Below are positions 38,101 through 50,100 of a stretch of 64,000 nucleotides of DNA, in pieces. The position numbers were made by a program, and so were the translations under genes. The stretch spans positions 9,238,001 through 9,302,000 of the forward strand of contig CM102289.1 in the NCBI GenBank assembly GCA_046563655.1. Direction: 5' to 3'. How positions within the stretch are numbered: position 1 is the stretch's first letter; every line of letters begins with the position of its first letter. Origin of the DNA: Yuukianura sp. NJ FZ-2021 (taxonomy: Eukaryota). The notes under the pieces were generated by a model. That model was not told the DNA's origin and searched no databases. It saw only the letters and a list, made by a program, of their open reading frames with translations.

Positions 38101-41100
38101 TTTTGATAAACTAAAATCAGTTTATGAAACTTCAAAACGATTTTGAAATTTGAAACACGTTTTTCGGGATTTTGGGCGGAGAGAATGAGAAATGAGCGGT
38201 TGAGTGCACAACGGCGCATTTTAAATGGCATTATCAAAGTAGCAGAGGGAGCCAAGAAATGACAATACATCGCATTATGACTCTCCCGCTTTTTTCGGGA
38301 GAAAGGAAAAGCAAACCCGGGTTTTCTGGCACTAAAGAGGGAGGATGTAAAAAGAGAAAAAAGGCTTTTGAATGAAAAAATTCAAGGAGAAAGTTTTACT
38401 TCCTGTGACAATTTTCATAAGATCTCGACTTAAACCAACCGTAAAAAGTTGGGGGAAGGATGATGAAGGAATTTGAGGTTGACGAATTTGAAAACTCCCG
38501 CCATTTTGAATTAAGAAACGGCGCGTCGCATTGTTAAAAACGACATAAAAAAGCATTTCATTGTGCACAAACACAATTTTGTGCATTCAATTTAAAAAAA
38601 AAAACACCGACTTGGTTTTTTCTATCTTTTTTGTGACAATTCAAAAAAGCATCAGAAAAATTTGTTTAGAATTTCGCCTGAATAAATTCTAATATCATTC
38701 ACTCGTTTCCTTCTAGATTTGACAAACTCGAAGGAACAAAATATTTTTTGATTCTTGATACAACACAACTTTTTTTTTTCAAAAATTGAATTTCATGGAT
38801 TTGAAATCTTTCAAAGAAAGAAAAAAAGGAAAAGCGTGAGAACTTTCTCCAGCAGGCATCTTTCATAGTAAAAAAAAATCTATACTTTGCATTTTATAGT
38901 CAAAGTTTATTTGGTATAAAACAAGTCTTAAAAATATTTTACATGCAGGAAATATAGCTCTATATAAAAATTCCTAAAAATTCTAAAGGAAGTAGATGAT
39001 GATGAAGCCAAAAAAAAAATGAAAAAAAGCTTCCTTTTCATCCAAAAAATTTCTGGACCTTTTTTCACGCTTGATGAATTCTTTTCTCAAAAACCTCCCC
39101 TGCTCGTCTGAACGAATGAAATTTTTTGAAAATAAATGTCTCATTTAAAGCAATTTGTGAGAAATCTAAGACTCTAAAAATGAATAGTCAAAAACCTTGT
39201 GTTCGAAAAGGCAAAAAGTGAAAAGTGTTTTAATTGATTTGGAAAAGATGAAAGGATCAGCAAGCTCCCTTCAACTTTTGAAAATCCATCAGTGTTAAAA
39301 CTAAAATTTTGAAAATTGAGCAAACTTTGAACTGTTTGAACAGGCGTCAATACCAAACGCATGTAATACATTCGTACGAGTGAGTTTTAATCAAGGAAAG
39401 GAGATGATGATGTTACAAACTTTGCAAAGTCCATTTCACCAACTTTCTGTGCAAAAGTTTTCTTGTTTTGGCGGGAGAAAGTTTAAATGGCTACATCAGT
39501 GAAAGTGTGTAGGAGTGAGTGAAAACCGGAAAACCAGAAATCCTGTCTAATTATTTCCCACATTCAACCCACACTCAACACATTTTGCTTTTCAGTCAAA
39601 ACCAAAATCAAATTGTAATTTGCACAAAATACTGAAATTTCGAAATTACAACGATTAAAGTAACAGCAATATTTTAGAGGTTTGACCATTAGCATTATGA
39701 GAGCCAGCTTGTTTGTATTGCTTTTTCCACATTGATTACAAATTTAACTTACTTCGAAATAGGGCGTGGCACAAAAAAGTAAACGATGGAAAAATAATTT
39801 GTTTATTTAAGAAATTATGGGGGGAAAACTGTAGCAAATAAAATAAAAACTAAAAATTTTAAACAGTTTTAGAAAACAAAATGTTGGTCATGCCACAATA
39901 TATTAATAACTGTTGGAAAGCTTCAAAATTTGGAAAACTGAAAACCTGAAATGAAAAACATAAAGTGACTGAAAACCAGAAATGAAAAACATAAAGTGAA
40001 CCAAAAGCAAAAGCAAAAACTAAAACTTACTCTAAACTCTTTGTTTTCTGTGACATCGAAGAAGCTTCAGAGCTCATTACAAGAAGGGCCCTTGAAGGGC
40101 CCCCTTGTATTGTTTGAGCTCTTGAGACTCTTCTTTTTAGCAAGAAGTGAAAGTTTGTAGACTTAGAAAGTGGAGGAAGGTTTGAAAGAGTGTGAGAATT
40201 AGAAGAATGAAGTTGAAGATGACTTTGTTAGGACAGAGGAAAGTTGTTAGAGTTGAGCCCCCATTTTATAACTCAACTTCCAGAAGACACTTTAATTTCA
40301 TCACAGTCACTGTCCATCTTGACGATGGGAGAAGAGCTTCCAGAAATCGTCTGGAAGTGCTTTTTAGCTCAAGTGTTGAAATGGAGAGAGCAAATGACAC
40401 TCCAGAGGGAATGGGACTCAGAAACTATAAAATTCTAGCCTCCTCAGCACCACTTTTTCATCTCTTCTTCACAAATTAAACTTAATTGGGATCAAACTTA
40501 AGGAATTAAGCAAAAGAAAGTTTTTGAAAACTAAAATTTTCAGGAAAAGTGTGAAAACAAAGTCTAAGATTTTGGAATTTTGATGACTTAGAAAAATAGA
40601 GGAAGTGAAAAGAAAATTTGAAAATTAGGGAGAATTTTTTGAACCAATTTTTTCGCAATTTTCTGAAAATCAATGGCTTTTTTTCTAGAATTTTTTTGAA
40701 GCTAGAATGACCTAAATACATAATTTTTGTAACATGCGTGCATACCATAATAGTCGAGTTCCGACTGGAAGTTATCTTGTCCGTTTCCAGTTTGAAGGGA
40801 GAAGAAAACTGCTCAGGTTTCCCGCCATTTCCTTCTCTTCTCATATTATTCATTTCCTATCTCCATTTTTATCTTGTCACTTTTTCATGTTCGCTTACTC
40901 ACAACTAAAATGCAAAAAGAAATTTTCCTATTGGTTCTTTTTATAAATAGAAGTTTCCTATTGGCCTATCTTTAAACAAGGTTTTTTGACTTTAATTTTC
41001 TTTAACAGGTTGGGTAATACCTCATGTTTTTTTGATTTTGTAAAAAGAAAGTGTCTTTTCATTTCAGGTAATTGTAGCCATAACAATACAGCCGATTTTT

Positions 41101-44100
41101 TTAAATTTTGCATACGAATTGGTAGCAATTTTTCGGATTGGTACTAAAATTGGTACCAATTTTTCTTTTTCGTTTTTCTATCAACAGCTGTGGTAGTATC
41201 CAACCTGTTAAAAAAAATTAACTCTCCGTTGTCAAGGAACCTTGATTTTTAAAAGAACGCTTACTCCTATTGGTCTATCTTTCAAACAAGTATTCCCATT
41301 GGTTTATCTTAAAAAGAAAGCTTCCTATTGGTTCTCACGATAAATGAAAGCTTCCTATTGGTTCCTTCTCTTTAAGAGCTATAAACAAACTGTGAAACTT
41401 ATCTGATTTTTTATGAACATGAACGTTTGCAGCAACAGAATTTTGAACTTTGTTTAACTTTAAGAAGCTTCCACATGTTTATTCGGCTACATGCGGAGTT
41501 TGTGTAACTTTGTTTCTACTTAGATACATATCTTTTAAGATACTATTTGGAAGAAACTGTGGAAAGAGGACCAAAGAAAGTTCAAAGAATCTGGAGAAGA
41601 CGTTTTCCCACGAGATTTACCATATTTTAGTCAAAGCGAAATTTCATGTAATAGAAAAGTTTGGTTTTAAGCCAGTTGCCCTTGTGACAAAAACTTAAAA
41701 GAAACTTACGACTTGATTCTCTCATCTTCAGTTAAAACTTTTAACACATTTTCGTCCTTTTATGATCTCTCATCCACTTTCTCCATCTATGCAAACTTTC
41801 CCGCCGCATATTTCCAATTTTTTAACTCAAAATTTCATAAATTCAACTTTCGACTAAAAAATGAAGTTTTGAATCAAAAATTTAACAAGCATGATTCAGT
41901 AGAACCTGTTAAAATTAAAAGCTGGCTTTTGGAATGAGCAGAGCAAAAAATCAGGCTTCTCAAAATTAAAAATTGTCTTCATTTTTTTTTTTGGGTAAAA
42001 TTAAACCTTTCTTTTTTGAAAAAGCGGAGCTGTGGTTTTTGGCTGAAAAAACTAATTTGAGTTCTCCATTCTGCTTTGCCTTATCGATTTACACTCGAGA
42101 GAGCTGTGTCTATAAATCCAACTGGGCTGTTCCAGAAGAAGCCTTCTGTGGACTAAGTTATAGTAGGGGGAAGTATTCATGATGAAAGCTTCACAAGATA
42201 GAAAAGAAAGAAGAAAGTCATGTCAAGGAAGAAACAGAAAGTAATTTCCAACTTCTTTTTACATCCACAATTTCTCATTTCCCGCACTTCCTCAAAAAGA
42301 GACGCTGTACAGTCATTTCCTTTGTGTAAAATGATTAAACCGCAGGCTCATCTTGAGACGGGTGGGGTCAAAGGTCACTGACCTTGAAATGTTGAATAAC
42401 AAAACTTTTATGGTTTTAACGTTGACCTTTGCATAATTTCAACTTTTAGTACGACAAAGTTCAGTTTTGCTAAGGTGAGTTTCGTCAAAAAATCAAGCCA
42501 GCCTAACCTCAAAATTCAAAATTCCGACACAAAGCTTACAAATTTTGAGTTTCTGATTAATTGTGGTTACACTTTGAAATTTGTTTGCAGTGTAGTTTTC
42601 AGTTTTGCTGATTAGCGTTTTTGTTTACATTAGTTTAACCTAACATTTTGTAAACATTTCAAATCATTAATCCCGCTTCGATTTTTTGCTTAGACTGAAA
42701 ATCGAAATTTTTTGTTCAAAGTTTATTGAAGTAAAGGAAAAGCTTTAACTTTCTGCTCCGGTTTGTAGGTTATCAAATTACGAATTCCTCATTAACGGCG
42801 GTAAATGCAAAAGCGAACAGCCTGAACTTGGAGTTTGTGGGGAAGGCTGATGTTAATCAAAACACAAAGAACACGGCACAGTCCATGTACTATGTATATT
42901 AGGTTATGTTAAGTTAACCTAATCTCATGTATATTTATGAGATCACTAAGATAACTTCAGATCGATTCCAGAACTGTCTTCCAACGCACTGGATAGATTC
43001 TTACTTTCGAAGCCTCCTTGTACTATTTTTTTTCTTTACATGAACTTACTTTTCTACTAGAACGATTTTTTCGAAGAGAAAGTTTGAAGTTTGGTTCACG
43101 AAAAAATCTTTAGTAGAATTTCCGTACAGGAACAAACTTTGTACTCCAATTTTATACCTGGAAGGCACAAAAAGATACTTTTCACAGTGAAAGTTCACAA
43201 CATTGAAAATAAGTTTATAAGAAGACGCGCGGGAAAAAACTTTGAATTTTCGTCTGTACATACCCTCCGGTTCCAATTTTTTTTCAATCTGCTTTCTCTC
43301 TTTTTCAACTTTTCGTCAATATTTGACTTTTCAAGAGTACGGAAATGATTTGGGTTACTTCAAATTTTGGAAAAAGAATTTTCACCTCGGCATTTCTAAA
43401 AAAAATAAGAAAAAACTTTTTTTTGAAACTTTTTAGTTCCTGAGGCACTTTCACCCTTATTTTGATTATTTCTTCCCGGTTTTCCAGATTCACTTTCACT
43501 GTTTGAATATTTTTGTTTAAATTCAAAACCTTGAACCCTCAGGTTGAGAAAAACTGTAAAAAATGTGAAAAATAAGGGCTTAGTATAGTTTTTTGAAAAT
43601 CTAAAAAGAAATTCGAAACAAGAGGATTTGGAAAAAGAGATTCCAAAAGAGAAATGGGCGACTTTCTCCATACATTTATGGGTGGCCCTTAATGTTTATT
43701 ACTCCCAAAACCAGTTTTCTTGTTATTTTCAAAAAAAGAAACAATTTTCAAGGCGCCAACATTAGGAAATCCGCTTCTATTATTTATTTTTTCAAAGCAA
43801 TTAACAACGCCATTTCAAAAAAAAAGATTGAATTTTCTCGCTCCTTTTAAAGCTTTCATAAATTTTTTCCAAGGAAAACTTAAGAAAAATTTTCTTCAAA
43901 AAGAGCGTATGTTTCTTTACGTAAAACCTGAATGATTCCAACTGTTCAAAAAAAATTTCAACACTTTCCGTTTTTTGAAACATTTTGAACTAAAAAAAAA
44001 CGTGGTCCCCAGTGTGTGATTTGAAGAGACTTTCTCTTTGGGATTTTTTGTGTGAAAGTTAAGGACAGGAAGTGCGGAATTTATCACTTCTAGCATCCGA

Positions 44101-47100
44101 TTTCGCATGTGAAGGCTCCAACTTTTTGTCACTGGAGTCCTTAAGGCTCCTTAGGTGCGGAACTTAACAGGACACTCTTGGGCGGAAACTGCTGCACCGC
44201 GTCTTTTTTGACATACAAAATCAAAAACATAGAAATGTCCAAAACCAACAGTTTCTTGAGAGTTCGGCGATTCATGGACGATTTTTCTCCGTCCATTGTA
44301 AATCCCGTTTATAAATTTCCGTCCGTGAGTGTCGTGTAACGTGTACGGAAGGAGTGAGAATCTTGATAGGAAGGAGAGGAGACAGTATGGAAACAAGATA
44401 AGGTGAAAGTAAGTTCTACCACAGGCGAAGTAAAAAGCCAAAGTCTTTTGCACTTTGGGAGAAAAGTAATAAAATGTTCTGACAACTAACTGTAAATCTC
44501 TGGATTTTTTAAAAACTTTTCCCACCAGCTTACAACGTCTTAAAAAACTTTACTCAGTGTGGGAACCAGGCGCCGGAGAAAGTGAAACAAGAAAAAAGTT
44601 AAAAACTAAGCAGATGGGGTCTAACCTTGTTTAAAGCGGAATTTTAACTTTCAAAAAAAAGTTTTCGAAAAGTCAAATCCTTCGTTAGTAACTACCTTGA
44701 AAATTTTCAGAAATGTTAAAAGTGAAAATCTGACATCATAATTAATACATGGTGAATTTTCAACCTTTTTAAAAAGTAAGAAAAGCTTTGGAACTAAAAA
44801 GAAGGCGTAAAACAGATTCCGTTTTTTTTAGTGTGAAAGGTTAAAAGCTAAGTATTTTCGAAATTGAAGCCAAACTGCATAAAATTTTCAAAATTTCTTT
44901 GAAAATGACCATGTTTGGTGTGAATTTCATTAAATGGTGCGTGTGTAGTTGAATTTGAAGTTGGTGGGAAGCGTTTCTGTGTTTGAAAGTGTAAAATGGA
45001 TAATCAGATGAGAAAAGTTTCGCGTGTGACAAAACGTAATTTATCAGACTCAAGTACAAAAGTTTTTGAGTAGGTCATAGTTACAACGTAAACCGAAAAA
45101 GAACCTTTTTGTCCTGTATAGTTCCAAAATCGCAATTTTCCTTTGAACTTTCCCTGTAAGTTTATGATAGATTTAGGTTAGGTGAAAGCGTTGCGTTCCC
45201 ATTGTTGCCGTAGTGCATTAAAATGAAAAATGGGTGAAAAGTAAGATTTTGCATAATTTTAATGGAGCTTCTTCTTCCATTTTGGCTTAGGAACGTTTTC
45301 TGGAAGGAAGAATTATCTGTCGGGTGGATTTTGGGAGCAGCCTTTTGCGAAGCCCTACTTTGAGAACTCAACAAAGCGAGACGTTACGACCACAGTTGGG
45401 CAAACGGCCTACCTCCACTGCAGAGTTCGCAATCTGGGAGATCGAGCCGTAAGTCATTTCCTAAACTTTTACATTATCCAGAATTCAATCTTCCCAACCT
45501 TTTGCAATTTCATAATGCCTCCAATTTTCTGGCCGGATGAACACCTTTGCCAACATTCAAATTTTCAAAATGGGGAAGAGAAGGTGAAAAATCACACGAA
45601 AATACAAGCGAAGGTTTCGCCTTACTCCAACCCTCAAGCCCTAAACGCTTCTGTCTTTTCTTAGAACAAAATTTTGATTTTTGATTACAAAATTTTTATT
45701 TTTTATCGGATTCTAAGATTTTTCAAGGAGCAATAGCACAAGCTAAGAAATAATTAGTTAGCTAGGTGTTGTACTATGAAATACGATTTGGAAAAGTGTT
45801 AGATTTTCTGTTTGAAAAATATTTCAGCAGTGACACAAATTTCTAAGACGATTTTTGATTTCTGCAATCATGCGTGTAAATTCTTTTCTGAACTTTGTGC
45901 CCATGAAGAAGTAGAGGAGAAAGTTGACTGAAGAGTTCAAAATGATTGGCAAACAGGCAAATATTTCTGCCACCTCTGGCTCCACCCCCTTAGAAACAAA
46001 GATCCAGTTGATGATGGCACTCACGCAGTTACACACGAAAAACACAAAAACTACAGTCAGCAGCATTTTGCTCAAAGACTTCTCATCAGCGTCCTGCTGT
46101 CCCGCAGCTACAGCTCTTCTGGCTTCAGCTGCTTTTCTAACCTATAGTAAGGACCATCAGTTAGCCAATCAAAAACGGTTTCGATAGCCGATGAGAAGCA
46201 AGGAATTAAAATACCTTGATGAGAATGAGGATGTTGATGGTTGCGATGGAGGCAAATGGAAGGACGTAGGTGAAGGTGTACCAAACAACTTTCTGGTAAA
46301 GTAGTCTATACAGTGGAAATCTGTGAAGCTGTTTTGGGTAGTTTGAACTCCAGTATGGCGAAGAAGCTTCGTAGTTCCATTTGATGAATTCAAACCATCT
46401 TGTGATGTTTAAAATCGCCGCCCAAACAAAGACTGCAACTGCGCGTCTAGTTGTCTTTTTTATTGTGAAGATGAGCGACACTTGAAGGGGTTTTGATATG
46501 GCTAAAAATCTCTCCACTGTGATGAGAATCGTCATGTAAACTGAGGCTGTGTACACTAAAATCATGAAAATATTATCTCCAAGATATAGTTTTATTATGA
46601 ATATTTCTATTAATTTGTATTTTTTGTTTTACTTGTTTTGTTCAATGGGTAAGCAACGTAACCGTGTAAAGCAGACCGTTGTATCTTAAACTCAAATAAA
46701 TTCTGGAACTCATGTACGGTAGAGAACGATGTTAGAAGATAGAAGAAGTCTGCGCAAGCAAGTGCCAGGAGCAGCACACTAGTGGAGCTGTACATTGCCT
46801 TGCGCAGAAGCACAAGAGTGCTCAAAATGTTGCATACAATTCCAGTGGCGCATACTGCAACGACGTAGTATCTCTGTATTCTGCAAACCAGGTCTATCGT
46901 CACTTGACTGAAATCCTCTAGAGAATATCCGTAGTGCTTCAAAAGAATTGCAATCCGATTGTTTCTAAAGGCGATGTTGAGTGGTTCATCGGTGGCGATA
47001 TCCCATGTATCATCGTAGACAAAATCAGCAGCAGCGTACGCTCGACGTAGTGCAACCGCGGATCCTGCCCGTGGAATTTGATCCAATAATGATACATTGA

Positions 47101-50100
47101 ATACGTGTTGTAGGCGATGTGTAAGCTCCTCAATTTTTTGAAATGTCGTATCCAGTGGAATACTAATAAAAATGTTTTGCAACTGAGATACTGCGACTAG
47201 GTTTTGTAGTAATGACCCAGACAAAACATCTCCAATATCAATCGCTATGTCTTTTAAGTTTGGAAATAAAATATCAATCTCTTCTATCAACACAGGATCC
47301 CACTCGCATCTAAACACACCTAACTCTGTAACGTAAGCTAATGCTTTTGGTTTCTGTCCAGCTGAGACGTATACATCTTGTAGAATGACCGCCTGCGGCA
47401 GAAGATGTGAAATGATGTCGAGCTGCACTGAGGGACAAACCGCGTCAAAATGCTGACATCCAATAGACAGAGTCTTTATACCGTGTATTCCAGCTCCAAA
47501 ATCCGCAACAGTGGCGTTCCACAGAAGGGTGTTGTCAATGATCAACACATCCATGCTCGAGGAGTTTAGAAGTTTAAGGTCGAGGTCACCATATCTGACT
47601 ACTAATTTTTCCATGTCAGGGAAGTTTCGAGCTGGTGGTATCGTAGAACTCCAACGGAAACTGAGACGATTGGTGTGAAGATAAACAAGTTTTTCCGGGA
47701 GTAGGGCTATGTCGATAGCTTCATCTTCTGTCGCGTAGATCTCAAGCCTTTTCATCAATATTGACGATCGTTTGAGAATTTCCGCCATATTTCCGTGAAT
47801 GAGATAGTTATTTCTCAACGTCAACTCTGTTACTGATCTGAAGTGCAGAAGCTGTACGTTCAACAAGCAGTCTTCTATTTCAACAATTTCTGCTTGTGGT
47901 AGCATAGTATAAAGCAAATTCCAAGTTATTTTGTCTCTGATTTCCTTTGCAATCATTTTATTTTGTTTCTTCTCCATTATCTCTGAGTCGCCATCCCATC
48001 GGTAGTGCACTTTTATTGAAAGTTCAAAATATCCATGTGATTCAATTTTCCAAATAATCCGAATGCTATGTAGTAATGGAAATGAATCCCACCCAGAATT
48101 AGTATGTTCAGAGTCTATGTAGAAGAAGATCACTTGTTTCAGATCGTCGTCTCCATTCCATCGAGTGGAATCGTCGACAATCAAAATACACCGATATGTT
48201 TCCAAATTTGGAAGATGTATCAAATGTTGCAAGCTTTTTTTACTCAAATCCCAGTGCCAACTAACAGAATCGAACTTTATGGTAGTTAAGTTTTTGCAAT
48301 TTCCAAAATACTTCAAAAGCGCACTGCGATGAATCTGGACGTACTCGAACTCGATTTCATGTAATGTGCAATTCGTTTTATTCATGTTGAATCTCAGTAA
48401 TTCTTCATCGAAAACTTCCATTTGAGTGGCGTTACCAGCAATGTATAATTCATTATCCTGTATTAAAGTTGTTCTTTCAAACTAGCTTTATATTATTATT
48501 TTGTAATTAGTTAAAACTAGTTAAAATTTTATGCTAGAAAAACTTTGAAGATTTTAAGTTTTAATCTTTCAATTTCTTACGGTCAAACGAATTTTTCCAA
48601 GAGCAAGTGAATGTAGTGTGTTGAAAATTAAACCCCAAGTTGAAAATACTCGGAACAGATACATTTCGAAGCGATTTGTTTGCATGGTTCTAGAACAATG
48701 TCAAAACTGCGAACTAATTGGGATAATTACAGTTTGTTTTATAAATTAATTTTCCTGGTTTGACCGCTCAAATGGAAAAGAAACTTTATCTCCCACATTC
48801 AAAGGAAACAATTAGCACTTATTGGCAAACTCTTAGTAAGATTCTTTATCCTAAAAAATAATTAGACTCTAAGTCGATTGAATACAACGCACGTTTAAAA
48901 AAGTAACTTAGTTGGATTAAATTAGTTAAACAATTAATTAATAAAAATGTAATTAATTAACTTGGCTAACGTCCATAACAGGAACAAGGAAACCTTGCAA
49001 ACGTTCCACTAGGATTTAAAAAAAATTAACTGTTAATTTCACTTTCTAAAAATACGTCTTAAAGTATTAAAAATTTCGAAAAACAAAGTCAACTCATACG
49101 GAATCCTAATGCTCTTAGTTGTTTTTGAAACTGCGTAATTAGATTTTGAATTTTTATAAGTGTTATGCATGAACATTGAAAAAAAAATTTCGAAAACAGA
49201 TTTTTTTTTGTTTTTTAACGAAAGCAATTTTTAATGTTAAGCTTGAGCAGTTTTAGAACTTTTTGCTGCTGTTAAGTTCTATTCATTTGCAATAAGTACG
49301 CCCACAACTTGTGCATCATAATTACACTTCTGGGAGACACTTTTCCTCTGAAATGTCCGATTCCTCTGAAAAGATGCTTTCACCGTATATTGGAGATACC
49401 GTACAAATAACTATAAAACCAAATAGACAGGAAATTTATTTTCATGAGTAAAGGATAAGCGCGCCAAAATTCCGATTTTTCGGATACTCCCGCTTCTCTT
49501 TTTCAAAAAGTTTCCGTGCCATTCATTCCCCCATTTTGAAGTTTCCATTCTTTGATACCTCCACAATACTTAAAATGGATGAAGGAATGTCCCATTATAA
49601 AAGCTTAGAGTTACTTAACTTATAATAGCTTTAGAACCTCTCAAAAGCAGCTCTCATACTCCCTTGCTTTCACCATACACTTCATTTCCAGTATGAAACA
49701 GTTAGGCTAAAAATAGGTTTTGTTAGGTTAGCCTAACATTAGGCTTTTAGTCTTGCATATTCCTATTGTCTCTGCCAGAAGTAGGTTATTAAAGGAGCTT
49801 AAGACCAAGTCTTTGTTTCTTAAAAGAGTGAAAGTGAGCGGAAGAAGGGAGAAAGGGAATCCTTATGACTAAAGTTCGTTTCAGATTTTAATCAAAATGT
49901 AATTTATTTGAACCAAAGTGTAATTCCCGCTCTTTTGAAATTTGAATCCCATTGTACTTAGGTTTCTTGGATCCGGAAGCGTGACCTCCATATCCTAACT
50001 GTAGGAATTTTGACTTATACGGGAGATCAAAGGTTCCAGTCACTCCATTCAGATGGGACGGACGAATGGACACTCAAAATAAGCTCACCTCAAATCAGAG

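Noticed and set aside
42898..42925. TTAGG/TTATG-like runs (also near 8841, 32679, 33279, 49720) suggesting interstitial telomere repeats
   Set aside because: Only 2-4 degenerate units each; common simple repeats, not a telomeric array.
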